Shown piece after piece: positions 18,244-27,753 of a stretch of DNA of 64,000 nt. The notes beneath the pieces were generated by a model. It was given only the letters and a program-made list of their open reading frames with translations. It did not search any database and was not told where the DNA came from. The DNA is from an uncultured Spirochaetia bacterium. GTDB taxonomy: Bacteria > Desulfobacterota_D > UBA1144 > Nemesobacterales > UBA2774. The translations under genes and the position numbers were made by a program. The stretch spans positions 2,673 to 66,672 of the forward strand of contig CAZUDM010000003.1 in the NCBI GenBank assembly GCA_964618635.1, given 5' to 3'. Every line of letters begins with the position of its first letter. Positions within the stretch are counted from its first letter, which is position 1.

Positions 18244-18729
18244 TCAGCGGTTCTTCTTCGGCCTGTCCTTCTCTTCTATATACTCGCCGAGAAAAGTCCT
18301 GTTCCTGACAGACGGCGGCAGGTTCCCGAGGTCGGGCTTCGGCATGTCCGTCGAGAGATCGCTCGTAAAAGCGAAGCTCGAAACCACCTTTTCCACCTTC
18401 TTTGTCTTGCAGAACGGGCAGGTGACCTTCTTCTCGTCTTCCTCGACGTATATAAGCTCCGAGAAGCGGTAGTTTTTCGGCAGGTTCACGAAAACGAGTA
18501 TCGACCCGTCGTTAAGGTAAAAGTTCAGATCGACGGCGTTCTTGTCCCTCTTTCCGGCCTCGCCCAGCACCTTTTCGTTATCGAGATCGAGCACGCCGAT
18601 GTGGTTTATGTTGTCGTATTTTTTAACGAGGTCGGACACCAGCTTCTTCGTAGCCTTCTTCTGGATTTCCTTCAAGGAATCCTCGACGTTCTTCCTGCAC
18701 GGTATGCATTCGTATTCAAAAAGCGGCAT
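18244..18729 (-). CDS. FmdB-family-like zinc-ribbon protein with a roughly 100-aa insertion between the two CxxC knuckles (paralog 1)
   Basis: The N-terminus MPLFEYECIPC and the C-terminal block CPFCKTKKVEKVVSSFAF match the two halves of the FmdB/CxxC_CxxC_SSSS zinc ribbon. GGGGGT lies 5 nt upstream of the ATG. Confidence 0.6.
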   Translation of the reverse strand: MPLFEYECIPCRKNVEDSLKEIQKKATKKLVSDLVKKYDNINHIGVLDLDNEKVLGEAGKRDKNAVDLNFYLNDGSILVFVNLPKNYRFSELIYVEEDEKKVTCPFCKTKKVEKVVSSFAFTSDLSTDMPKPDLGNLPPSVRNRTFLGEYIEEKDRPKKNR

Positions 18730-18753
18730 TTCTACCCCCTGTCTATAATGGTA

Positions 18754-19257
18754 TTACCTGTTGAAATACTGGTTTAGGTGCTCCTGACCGACCCAGTCGT
18801 TCTTCATTTCCTCGTCCTTCTGCTGCTTATACTCGAGGTGCCACCTTAGCTCGTCCTTCGGCCCGGGAGCCCTCTTGCTCTTATCGTCGAATATGGCCTT
18901 GAACGTCGAGAAAACCCGCGTCACGTCCTTGTCTCCGCAGAGCGGGCACTTGAGGTCCTTCTCGTCGCCCGGGTCGTATATAAGGTGGCTGAACCTGAAG
19001 TTCTTGAGCTCGAGAAAGAGCACCTTGTTCTTTTCGAGCTTGAAGCGAAAACGCCTCGGCCCCCTCGAGTTCGACTTCTCGCCGAGCGCAAAAATCTCCT
19101 TCCCCGTCTCGGCGTCCGTGACCTCTATATAAAGAAATCCCGGATTTTCCTTCATTATCCTGGCCGCGTTGGTCTTATTCAGCTTCGGCACAAGGGCGTC
19201 TATGTCGCTGTTATACTTGTTGTAGCACTTATCGCACTCGTATTCGAAAAGAGGCAT
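18754..19257 (-). CDS. FmdB-family-like zinc-ribbon protein with a roughly 100-aa insertion (paralog 2)
   Basis: MPLFEYECDKC ... CPLCGDKDVTRVFSTF. It is colinear with paralog 1, including the shared motif NxRFSxLIY. I set the start at the internal ATG at 19257, which is preceded by AGGAGAG. It sits 24 nt upstream of paralog 1. Confidence 0.6.
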   Translation of the reverse strand: MPLFEYECDKCYNKYNSDIDALVPKLNKTNAARIMKENPGFLYIEVTDAETGKEIFALGEKSNSRGPRRFRFKLEKNKVLFLELKNFRFSHLIYDPGDEKDLKCPLCGDKDVTRVFSTFKAIFDDKSKRAPGPKDELRWHLEYKQQKDEEMKNDWVGQEHLNQYFNR

Positions 19258-19409
19258 GGCGTCACTCTCCTGGCTTAATAAACTACTAAAGATAACCAAT
19301 ATTTCCGGAATGCTCCAGTTAAGGAACCGGTCCGGGAGCCTTATTTGACAAAGCCTTCGCTCCAGACGATTATTTTTCCGACCTTATTTATTATAATACG
19401 GGAATCCAT

Positions 19410-20201
19410 ATGACCGAAACCCGGGAGCTCCTCGTAAACGAAAGCGGGGCCGTCTGCACGCTCACCATCAACACTCCGGAAAAGAGAAACGTCGTCACGC
19501 CGTCCATGCTGCTCCGGCTGGAAGAAACTTTCGGAAGGCTTACAGAAGAGGACAGGATAAGATGCGTCGTCATGCGCGGCGCGGGGGGAAGCGCCTTTTC
19601 CTCGGGCTACGACATAACAGCCATCCGCGAAGACGACATGATACGGAACTTCGAGGGCGACAGCCCCCTCCCGAGGGCCATTCACGCTATCGAGTCCTTC
19701 CCCTACCCTGTCATAGCGATGATAAACGGGCACGCCTTCGGCGCGGGGCTCGAAATCGCCGCCACCTGCGATATAAGAATATCCGTCGACAGCTGCCTTT
19801 TCGGAATGCCCCCCGCAAAGCTAGGCGTCGTCTATTCCTACAGGGGCGTCAGGAGATTCCTGAATCTCATAGGCCCCGGGTTCACAAAAGAACTGTTTCT
19901 CACTGGAAGGCCGGTAAAGCCGGAAAGGGCGGCTGCGATGGGCCTCGTCAATTTCGTAGTCAAGCCTGAGGAGCTCGAAGAATTCACCTACGGCCTCGCC
20001 GAGGAGATAGCCGCCAACGCCCCCCTTTCCATGAAGGCGATGAAGGAGATGACGAACGTCTGGCAGAGGAGCCTCGTCATGAGCCCCGAAGACGAGGCCC
20101 TTCTTAAGGAGCTGACTCTCGGCGTGCAGCAGAGCGCCGACTACAAGGAAGGCCAGAAGGCTTTCGCCGAGAAGAGAAAGCCCGTTTTCAAAGGCAAATA
20201 A
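19410..20201 (+). CDS. enoyl-CoA hydratase/isomerase family protein (crotonase fold)
   Basis: 263 aa with the crotonase oxyanion and active-site blocks (VVMRGAGGSAFSSGYDI, AMINGHAFGAGLEIAATCDIR). Confidence 0.85.
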   Translation: MTETRELLVNESGAVCTLTINTPEKRNVVTPSMLLRLEETFGRLTEEDRIRCVVMRGAGGSAFSSGYDITAIREDDMIRNFEGDSPLPRAIHAIESFPYPVIAMINGHAFGAGLEIAATCDIRISVDSCLFGMPPAKLGVVYSYRGVRRFLNLIGPGFTKELFLTGRPVKPERAAAMGLVNFVVKPEELEEFTYGLAEEIAANAPLSMKAMKEMTNVWQRSLVMSPEDEALLKELTLGVQQSADYKEGQKAFAEKRKPVFKGK

Positions 20202-20211
20202 AGTCTTTTTT

Positions 20212-21681
20212 TCACTTTCGCTTTTTTCTCAGCCTGAATAAATCCAGCCTGTGATAGCGGCTCTCGGATATGAAATCGTATTCCGGTGTAAGACCGGCTT
20301 TCGTATTCAGCCTGCTCGCGGGATGGGCCTGCATGACGAGCCATACGTCGTGCGTCAGCATGCCCGGATAAGACGGGAACCTGTCCTTTACCGGGACGAG
20401 CTCGAGGTCGCCCCTTTCGAGATAATATCCCGCCGTGACGGCCTCGAAGTGCGGAAAAACGAGGACGTAATCTCCGCTTCCGGCATTCGACTCTATCTCC
20501 CTTATGGCTTCCCGCCACTGGTTTTTCTCGACTCCGCCATAATACGAATAAAGAGGCGGCGCGGAGAGAATCACGACGGCGGCCATCACGGCGCAGGCTG
20601 CAAACCTGTTATTGACGGCGCTCATTCCTGCGGCGGCCAGGAGATATAGCCCGAGGGAAGCGATTATCGTATACCGGAACACAATAACCGGGGCGAGAAT
20701 AAGGGAAATTAAAAACGGCGCCAGGAGCGGAACCAGAAGCCAGAGGAGAAGAAAATAAATCTTCTCCCCGTAAGTGATCTTAACCCCCGCGGATTCGTCC
20801 GCCGCGGTGAGGAGCCCCTTAAAGCCCTTCACGCCTCGGAGCCTTTCCGAATTCGCGACTGCAAGCATGGCGAATGCCGCGAGCAGCGCGAGCACGTAAA
20901 CAGAGCCTGCATATATGACGAGATAGAGGAGCAAATCCCCCGATCCCGGCTCGGGTATCCAGAACGACTCCCTTACAGACGTGAACCTTCCCGCGAGGAG
21001 AATAAACCCGGGGACGTAAAGAGCTCCCAATACAACCTGAACGAGTATCCAGCGCGTAAGCTCGGGCGCGCCGGCGCGGCCCCGCCTGAAGAATATTGTG
21101 AAGCAAAATATATTCTGTGCCAGAACAGTGAACAGGCCGAAATAATGCGTATAACAGAGAAGGGCGCTCGACAGGACGTAAACAGCCGCCCAGCGCCTGC
21201 TCCACACCGAAATCATCCGAAGGAGCGCATAACCCGAGACGAGCGCCAGGAAAACCATCAGGGTGTATCCCCTCGCTTCCTGTGAGTACCTCACGTGAAA
21301 GAAAGAGACGGCGATTACAAGCGCCGCGAAGAGACCGGCTCTTTTACCGAAAAGAATCCTGCCGACGGAATACGTGAGAATAATCGAAAGGACGCCAAAT
21401 ATCGCCGAGGGCAGCCTCGATACAAATTCCGAATCCCCGAAGACGGGTATCCACAGATGGAGCAGCATGTAATAAAACGGGGGATTCCCTTCCTTACTCT
21501 GATTGGCTACCCATTTTATCTGCTCTATAAACCCGAGCCTGGATACGTCGATAGATACCGCTTCGTCGAACCAGACGCTCTCGCCGCCGAGGTCGTATAT
21601 CCTGAGCGCGAGCCCGGCAAGCACGATGAGAAGAAGGAGATAATTCTCTTTCAGAGTGTCGAGGAGCCTTCCTTCGGTCAT
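20212..21681 (-). CDS. GT-C glycosyltransferase, PMT_2 / ArnT-like (GT39/GT83), paralog 1
   Basis: A polytopic membrane protein. The first loop has LRIYDL...SVWFDEA with the catalytic DE, typical of PMT_2. A soluble periplasmic domain of about 130 aa is at the C-terminus. Confidence 0.8.
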   Translation of the reverse strand: MTEGRLLDTLKENYLLLLIVLAGLALRIYDLGGESVWFDEAVSIDVSRLGFIEQIKWVANQSKEGNPPFYYMLLHLWIPVFGDSEFVSRLPSAIFGVLSIILTYSVGRILFGKRAGLFAALVIAVSFFHVRYSQEARGYTLMVFLALVSGYALLRMISVWSRRWAAVYVLSSALLCYTHYFGLFTVLAQNIFCFTIFFRRGRAGAPELTRWILVQVVLGALYVPGFILLAGRFTSVRESFWIPEPGSGDLLLYLVIYAGSVYVLALLAAFAMLAVANSERLRGVKGFKGLLTAADESAGVKITYGEKIYFLLLWLLVPLLAPFLISLILAPVIVFRYTIIASLGLYLLAAAGMSAVNNRFAACAVMAAVVILSAPPLYSYYGGVEKNQWREAIREIESNAGSGDYVLVFPHFEAVTAGYYLERGDLELVPVKDRFPSYPGMLTHDVWLVMQAHPASRLNTKAGLTPEYDFISESRYHRLDLFRLRKKRK

Positions 21682-21706
21682 CTTACGCTTGCGCCGCGGA
21701 GTATGT

Positions 21707-22603
21707 TCAGCTGCCGTAGCCGAAATCCCTTATGAGGTTTTCCCTGTCGGTCCAGTTCTCGCTCACCTTCACCCATAGCTCTAAAAAGACCTTCGAGCCG
21801 AGGACCCTCTCTATATCCGCCCTCGCCTGGCTCCCTATCTCCTTCAGCATTTCACCGCCCTTCCCGATGATAATCCCCTTGTGGTTACTCCTCTCGACGT
21901 ATATCACGGCGGAAATGCGTATAAGCTGTTTTTCGGGAACCTCTTCGAACTCCTCTATCGAAACCGCGATTTTATAGGGTATCTCCTGGTGCGTGAGGTT
22001 GAATATCTTCTCCCTTATGAACTCCGCCGCGAGGAACCTCTCCGGCTGGTCCGTAATCATGTCGTCGGGGAAATACTTCGGCCCCGGCGGCAGGTGGTTT
22101 CTTATGGCCGCCAGGAGCTCCGGAATCCCGTCGGCCATGGCGGCGGAAATGGGGATGATTTCGAGAAATTTGTCCTGGTACTTCCGCGACTGGTCTATTA
22201 TTTTCAGAATTTCGCCCTTTTTTATCTTGTCGATTTTATTTATGAGAAGTATCGCCGGTTTCGGCAGGCTCTCGATTATGAAGGTGTCTCCCTTCCCGAA
22301 GGGCTCGTTCACCTCGACCACCATCAGTATCACGTCGGCTTCCCTGACGGCGGACATAGCCGCCTGGACCATCACCTTTCCGAGCTTCCCCCTCGCCTTG
22401 TGTATGCCGGGCGTATCGAGGAATATGAGCTGGGCGTCGGGCAGGTTTCTTATGCCCAGAATCCTGTTCCGCGTGGTGTTCGGCTTGTCGGAGACGGCGG
22501 CGATCTTCTCGCCGACGACGGCGTTCACGAGCGTCGACTTCCCGACGTTCGGCCTTCCGACAACCGATATGAATCCCGAGCGGAAATCCTTTTCCTCATT
22601 CAT
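21707..22603 (-). CDS. era: GTPase Era
   Basis: G1 GRPNVGKST, G3 DTPG, G4 NKID. A C-terminal KH domain follows (IIGKGGEMLKEIG). Confidence 0.9.
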   Translation of the reverse strand: MNEEKDFRSGFISVVGRPNVGKSTLVNAVVGEKIAAVSDKPNTTRNRILGIRNLPDAQLIFLDTPGIHKARGKLGKVMVQAAMSAVREADVILMVVEVNEPFGKGDTFIIESLPKPAILLINKIDKIKKGEILKIIDQSRKYQDKFLEIIPISAAMADGIPELLAAIRNHLPPGPKYFPDDMITDQPERFLAAEFIREKIFNLTHQEIPYKIAVSIEEFEEVPEKQLIRISAVIYVERSNHKGIIIGKGGEMLKEIGSQARADIERVLGSKVFLELWVKVSENWTDRENLIRDFGYGS

Positions 22604-22657
22604 GACAATGCTTCCTTTTTGTTATTAAATGCTGTCGTTAACTATCCGGCGCTCCGG

Positions 22658-24151
22658 CTACTCCGCTTTCGCCCTGAATTTATAGACGTGGAGCCCCTTG
22701 TATTCCGTTTCCGATACGTAATCGAACCGGGACGCCATCTTGAGCTTCATTATATTCTTCTCGAGTCCCCTGTGTTCCGATACGACGAGCCAGACGTTAT
22801 TGTCGCCGATGCCGGTATAGGTGAAGAGATCCTCCGAGAACTGCCCTAGCCTGAGGTCGTCCCTCTTTAAATAATAGGCCGCCGGCTCCACTTCGAATTT
22901 AGGATAGGTCACCACGAAATCTCCCTGCCCTGCCTCTTCCTGTATGTACCTCGCGGCCTCGCGCCAATCGTACTTTTCCGTCTCAACATAGTATCTCTTA
23001 AGGCCGGGAAAGGAAAGTCCCGCAATGAGAGCGACCACGAGCACTATGGCGATATTCATCCTGAGGCCGCTGATTCCGCGCGCCGTCAGGATGTAAAACG
23101 CCGGGGCCGCCGCTATCGTGTACCTGTAGATGAGCACCGGCGACGATACGTTGGAGACTATAAAAGGTATGAACACGACGGCGAAAATCCATGCCAGGAG
23201 AAGATATATCCTGCTCCCGTATGAAATCCCGGGTCCTTCCGGATTATAATCCTCCCGGCCGTAAAACCGCTCCGGTATCTTCATGCGTTTTATAAAATCC
23301 GGGCCGGCAACGGCTAGGAGTGTAAAAAATAAGAAGACGCACAGGAGAAAGGCCGTGCCCGCATAGAGCGTAAAGTAGCCGAGTATGTCCCGAAACCCCG
23401 GCTCCGTTATCCAGAACCCCTTCTGTATGGCGGCCGTGTTTCTGGCCAGTAGAAAAGAGCACGGCAGGAAGAGAACGACTATCGACACCTGAAGAAGAAG
23501 CCACTTTAAAAGCCCGAGTGCCCCCACCCTCCTCTTCCATGCGAGCTCCGTGAAAAACCATATATTCTGCGCAAGCACCACGAGTATGCCGTAGTAGTGT
23601 GAATACACGAGGCATACGCTCGAAATAACGTAGGCGGGCGCGTATATCCGGTTCCTCGACATGGTCAGCCGCAGGAGAAAGTAAAAGGACAGGAGCGCCG
23701 TGAAGGCCATAAGGCTGTAAGCCCTCGCTTCCTGTGAGAACATGATATTGAAAATGGAAACGGCCAGAATAGATGCCGCGACGAGGCCCGTTTTTTTATC
23801 GAAGAGGAGCTTCCCGAGGGCGTATATTACGATTATGGAAAGCGCGCCGAATATGGCGGACAGCATCCTCACGGAGGCCTCGGAGTCGCCGAAAACGGGA
23901 ATCCACAAATGGAGGAGCGTGTAATAAAGCGGCGGGTTGTTGTCGTCTACTTCGGCGATCCAGCGGAGGTGCTCCACGAATCCGAGCTTCGCCACGGCGA
24001 CTGATATGGCCTCGTCGTACCATATGCTCTCGGCGCCTATATTATAGATCCGGAGCGCAAACCCTGCGATGAAAATCAGGAAGATTAGATAGTTATCCCG
24101 GATGAAAGCCGATGCAGGCGAATTTCTTACAGCCGTCTCTATTTTCGTCAT
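22658..24151 (-). CDS. GT-C glycosyltransferase, PMT_2 / ArnT-like, paralog 2
   Basis: LRIYNIGAESIWYDEA. The layout is the same as paralogs 1 and 3. I chose the start MTKIETAV at 24151 by alignment with paralog 1. The track ORF extends to 24232. Confidence 0.8.
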   Translation of the reverse strand: MTKIETAVRNSPASAFIRDNYLIFLIFIAGFALRIYNIGAESIWYDEAISVAVAKLGFVEHLRWIAEVDDNNPPLYYTLLHLWIPVFGDSEASVRMLSAIFGALSIIVIYALGKLLFDKKTGLVAASILAVSIFNIMFSQEARAYSLMAFTALLSFYFLLRLTMSRNRIYAPAYVISSVCLVYSHYYGILVVLAQNIWFFTELAWKRRVGALGLLKWLLLQVSIVVLFLPCSFLLARNTAAIQKGFWITEPGFRDILGYFTLYAGTAFLLCVFLFFTLLAVAGPDFIKRMKIPERFYGREDYNPEGPGISYGSRIYLLLAWIFAVVFIPFIVSNVSSPVLIYRYTIAAAPAFYILTARGISGLRMNIAIVLVVALIAGLSFPGLKRYYVETEKYDWREAARYIQEEAGQGDFVVTYPKFEVEPAAYYLKRDDLRLGQFSEDLFTYTGIGDNNVWLVVSEHRGLEKNIMKLKMASRFDYVSETEYKGLHVYKFRAKAE

Positions 24152-24268
24152 GGGTCCGAATCGGGCCTGTTTGCCCGGAATCTTTACCATGATACTTACC
24201 GGCACCGGCAATTTCCATCGCTGGATCGGCACGGCGATAAAACAGGAGCGTAAATATGGGACTTAGCT

Positions 24269-25783
24269 CTATTCCGGCAAGCCTTCCAGCCGGTAGATTT
24301 TAATCTTTCTGAACTCCTTTTCCTGGAGGAGACGGTTTTCCGGAGGAAGGTGCTCCCTTTCGATCATGTCTCCGTGATAGGATGATATTATCCATATATC
24401 CCCCGGGCCGTGTAACGGATTGAGCCCGGATCTGTTATTTAGGGTGGTCACTTTCAACTTCTCCTTTCCGAAGTAATAGTTTGCTGATTCTATTTCATGT
24501 TTCGGGTAAATAATGACCAGGTCTCCGTCACGGGCATTCGCCTCTACATACCGTGCCGCCCCCCGCCACTCGTGCTTTTCGGGATTCCCGTAATAATGAT
24601 GAACGCTCACGACCGAAAGAGCTAGAACGAGCGCGGCCACGAATAACTTCGCTTCTCTTCGGCGAATGTTGTCAATTCCTTTGGCTGCGAGCAGATAAAG
24701 AGCGATAGAAGCCGGAATGGCGTACTTCGTCTGGTAGAGCGGTTTATAAAAAATCGATAAAACGACAGGCAAGACAATAGGAACGAGTATCAGGAGGGAC
24801 AACAAATAGACCCTTTCTATATTCGACATGCTAAGTCCCGTCGAATACCCCCTCACAGAGGTGAGCAATTCTCGGAAACCAGCGCCACGTTTCAGCTCAC
24901 GTGCATTGATTATCGACCAGAGGCACAAAAGAAAAAAGAGAATGAATAGCGGCCATGAACCCGAGAACTCGAGCAGAGAACCCGCAATCATGTTCAGGTT
25001 CGGCTTCGGTATCCAGAAATCTCCCGTCAATGCGCTCGATCCCATAAGTAAATAGATCTGCGGTAGAACGGAGCCGACGAGTATCAATTGCATCACGATC
25101 CACTTTCGCAGCGGGGGAACCGAAGGCCGCGGACCTATAACGAGCCTGGTCAGATAGTAGGCGTTCTGAGCTACGATTATCAGCACGCCGTAAAAGTGCG
25201 TATAAAGCAGGATAATGCCCGACAATAGATACCCGAGGGAGCCCCGAAAGCTGCACCTCTCCATCAGCCTGATAAAAAAGTAATAGGACAGGAGCGCCAG
25301 AAAAACCATCGGTATATACGACCTCGCCTCCTGCGAATAATAGATTTGATAGGATGACGTGGCCAGTATGAGTGCAGCGAGAAGTCCCACTGTCCTGTTG
25401 AACATCGTTTTACCGATGAGATATATGAGAGGTATGCACAGGGAGCCGGTAAGAGCCGAAAGGAGCCTCAGCGAAAATTCGGAATATCCCAGGATGGACG
25501 TCCACAGGTGAAGAATCCAGTAATATACCGGCGGGTGATTTTCGGACTCTGCAACAATGGCCTTCACTATTCCGATGAGTCCCAGACGGGACATCTTGTA
25601 AGAATAGGCTTCGTCGAACCACAGGCTTTGTGAATCGAGATTATATATACGGAGCGTCACTCCCAGGAGAAGTATGAGCAGAATGAAAACGTTTTCTTTC
25701 AGAAACCTGAGCAATGTCGGCAGTCCAATCCAGAAAAAACATTTAATATATCTAGCAATATAATTATATATGCCATTCAACAC
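24269..25783 (-). CDS. GT-C glycosyltransferase, PMT_2 / ArnT-like, paralog 3
   Basis: LRIYNLDSQSLWFDEA. The TM layout and C-terminal domain are the same as the other two. Confidence 0.8.
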   Translation of the reverse strand: MLNGIYNYIARYIKCFFWIGLPTLLRFLKENVFILLILLLGVTLRIYNLDSQSLWFDEAYSYKMSRLGLIGIVKAIVAESENHPPVYYWILHLWTSILGYSEFSLRLLSALTGSLCIPLIYLIGKTMFNRTVGLLAALILATSSYQIYYSQEARSYIPMVFLALLSYYFFIRLMERCSFRGSLGYLLSGIILLYTHFYGVLIIVAQNAYYLTRLVIGPRPSVPPLRKWIVMQLILVGSVLPQIYLLMGSSALTGDFWIPKPNLNMIAGSLLEFSGSWPLFILFFLLCLWSIINARELKRGAGFRELLTSVRGYSTGLSMSNIERVYLLSLLILVPIVLPVVLSIFYKPLYQTKYAIPASIALYLLAAKGIDNIRRREAKLFVAALVLALSVVSVHHYYGNPEKHEWRGAARYVEANARDGDLVIIYPKHEIESANYYFGKEKLKVTTLNNRSGLNPLHGPGDIWIISSYHGDMIEREHLPPENRLLQEKEFRKIKIYRLEGLPE

Positions 25784-25923
25784 AAGTTCGTGTTATTTAA
25801 TTCGACATAAACGAACACGGCCTCTACTTGCATGATCACGTCCCGGCCCGTATTGCCAAATCGAAAACAAAGGTTAAGATTTTCGCTTCTGAGGAACATC
25901 TAGCACAAAGGAGCAGGACAAAA

Positions 25924-27723
25924 ATGCTTGAACATCTGGGAGACTGGACCAGGACCGATTACTGCGGGAAACTGCGCGCGGACGACATCGGCCGCGACGT
26001 CGTGCTGATGGGATGGGTGCAGTCTAACAGGGACCACGGAGGCGTCATATTCGTCGACCTCCGCGACAGGGAAGGGCTCGTCCAGGTCGTCTTCAGCCCG
26101 CAGGTAAGCGGAGAAGTCCACGACAAGGCCGGAGCGCTCAGGGACGAATGGGTACTGGCCGTCAGGGGCAAGGTTACGAGCCGCTCACCCGAAACCGTGA
26201 ACAAGAACCTCGCAAGCGGCGAGATCGAAGTCGTCGCGGAGGAAGTCCGGATACTCAACACCTCCAAAGTCCTCCCCTTTCTCATCGAGGACGACATCAA
26301 CGTCGACGAGCTTTTAAGGCTCAAGCACAGGTATCTCGACCTCAGGCGCCCTTTCATGAGAGACAACATCATAACGCGCCATAAAGCTGTCTCCGCGACC
26401 AGGAGTTTTCTCAACGGGGCGGGATTTATTGAGGTGGAGACTCCTTACCTCACACGCTCGACGCCCGAAGGAGCGAGGGACTTTCTCGTTCCGAGCAGGC
26501 TCAACCCGGGGCAGTTCTACGCCCTTCCGCAGTCGCCCCAGCTCTTAAAGCAGACACTCATGGTCTCTGGTTTCGACCGCTACTACCAGATAGTGCGCTG
26601 CTTCCGCGACGAAGACCTCCGGGCCGACCGCCAGCCCGAGTTCACACAGATAGACCTTGAAATGTCCTTCGTAAGGGAAGACGACATAATGAACGTCGTC
26701 GAGGGAATACTCAAGTCCATATTCTCCGAGGCAGCCGGTATCGATATTCAGGTCCCGTTCCCCAGAATGAAATACGACGAGGCCATGCTGAGGTACGGCT
26801 CCGACAAGCCCGATACGAGGTTCGGGCTCGAGCTCGAAGACATATCCGAGATATTCAGGGACTCCGAATTCCAGGTATTCAGCGGCGCTCTAAAGAAGGG
26901 CGGAATCATAAAGGCGCTCAACCTCAAGGGCCGCGCGGGAGACCTCTCGCGAAAGGAAATCGACGACCTCGGCGAGGCGGCCAAGTCCCTCGGGGCCAAG
27001 GGCCTCGCGTGGATACGCGTCTCCGAGGGTGAGTGGCAGTCCCCGATAATTAAATTCTTCAGCGACAAGGAAAGGGAAGACCTTAAAAACGCGCTCCGGC
27101 TCGAAAACGGCGACATCGTATTCTTCGCCGCCGACACACCGCACATAGTCAATATGGTGCTCTCTCACATAAGACTTCACCTCGGTGAAAAGCTCGGACT
27201 CATAGACCACGGCAAGTTCAATTTCCTCTGGGTCGAGGAGTTTCCGCTGCTCGATTACGACCCGGCCGAAAAGCGCTACGTCGCAATGCACCATCCGTTC
27301 ACGTCGCCGAAGGAAGAGGACATTCACCTACTCGACGAGGCCGACAAGTTGTCCATACGTTCGAGGGCGTACGACGTCGTCCTGAACGGAGTCGAGATAG
27401 GCGGGGGAAGCATAAGGATCTACCGTAAGGACGTGCAGGAGAAGCTCTTCAAGGCCATCGGCCTCACGGACGAAGAGGCCCGCGGGAAGTTCGGCTTTCT
27501 TCTCGAAGCGCTCGAATTCGGCGCACCGCCCCACGGCGGCATAGCGCTCGGGCTCGACAGGATAACGATGCTCATTTCCGGCGCGGATTCCATAAGGGAC
27601 GTAATCGCATTCCCAAAAACCCAGAAAGGCGCGTGCCCGCTGACGGAAGCCCCTTCCCCGGTAGAAACGGCGCAGCTTTTAGAGCTCGGAATAAAGCTCG
27701 ACTTAAAGGAAAAGAAAAAGTAG
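25924..27723 (+). CDS. aspS: aspartate--tRNA ligase
   Basis: Anticodon-binding OB (LMGWVQSNRDHGGVIFVDLRD), class-II motifs (FRDEDLRADRQPEFTQID, GGGSIRI) and a GAD insertion. I chose the ATG at 25924, which is preceded by AGGAG. Confidence 0.92.
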   Translation: MLEHLGDWTRTDYCGKLRADDIGRDVVLMGWVQSNRDHGGVIFVDLRDREGLVQVVFSPQVSGEVHDKAGALRDEWVLAVRGKVTSRSPETVNKNLASGEIEVVAEEVRILNTSKVLPFLIEDDINVDELLRLKHRYLDLRRPFMRDNIITRHKAVSATRSFLNGAGFIEVETPYLTRSTPEGARDFLVPSRLNPGQFYALPQSPQLLKQTLMVSGFDRYYQIVRCFRDEDLRADRQPEFTQIDLEMSFVREDDIMNVVEGILKSIFSEAAGIDIQVPFPRMKYDEAMLRYGSDKPDTRFGLELEDISEIFRDSEFQVFSGALKKGGIIKALNLKGRAGDLSRKEIDDLGEAAKSLGAKGLAWIRVSEGEWQSPIIKFFSDKEREDLKNALRLENGDIVFFAADTPHIVNMVLSHIRLHLGEKLGLIDHGKFNFLWVEEFPLLDYDPAEKRYVAMHHPFTSPKEEDIHLLDEADKLSIRSRAYDVVLNGVEIGGGSIRIYRKDVQEKLFKAIGLTDEEARGKFGFLLEALEFGAPPHGGIALGLDRITMLISGADSIRDVIAFPKTQKGACPLTEAPSPVETAQLLELGIKLDLKEKKK

Positions 27724-27753
27724 GAAACCGCCGCGCTGCTCCGGAAAAGAAGC

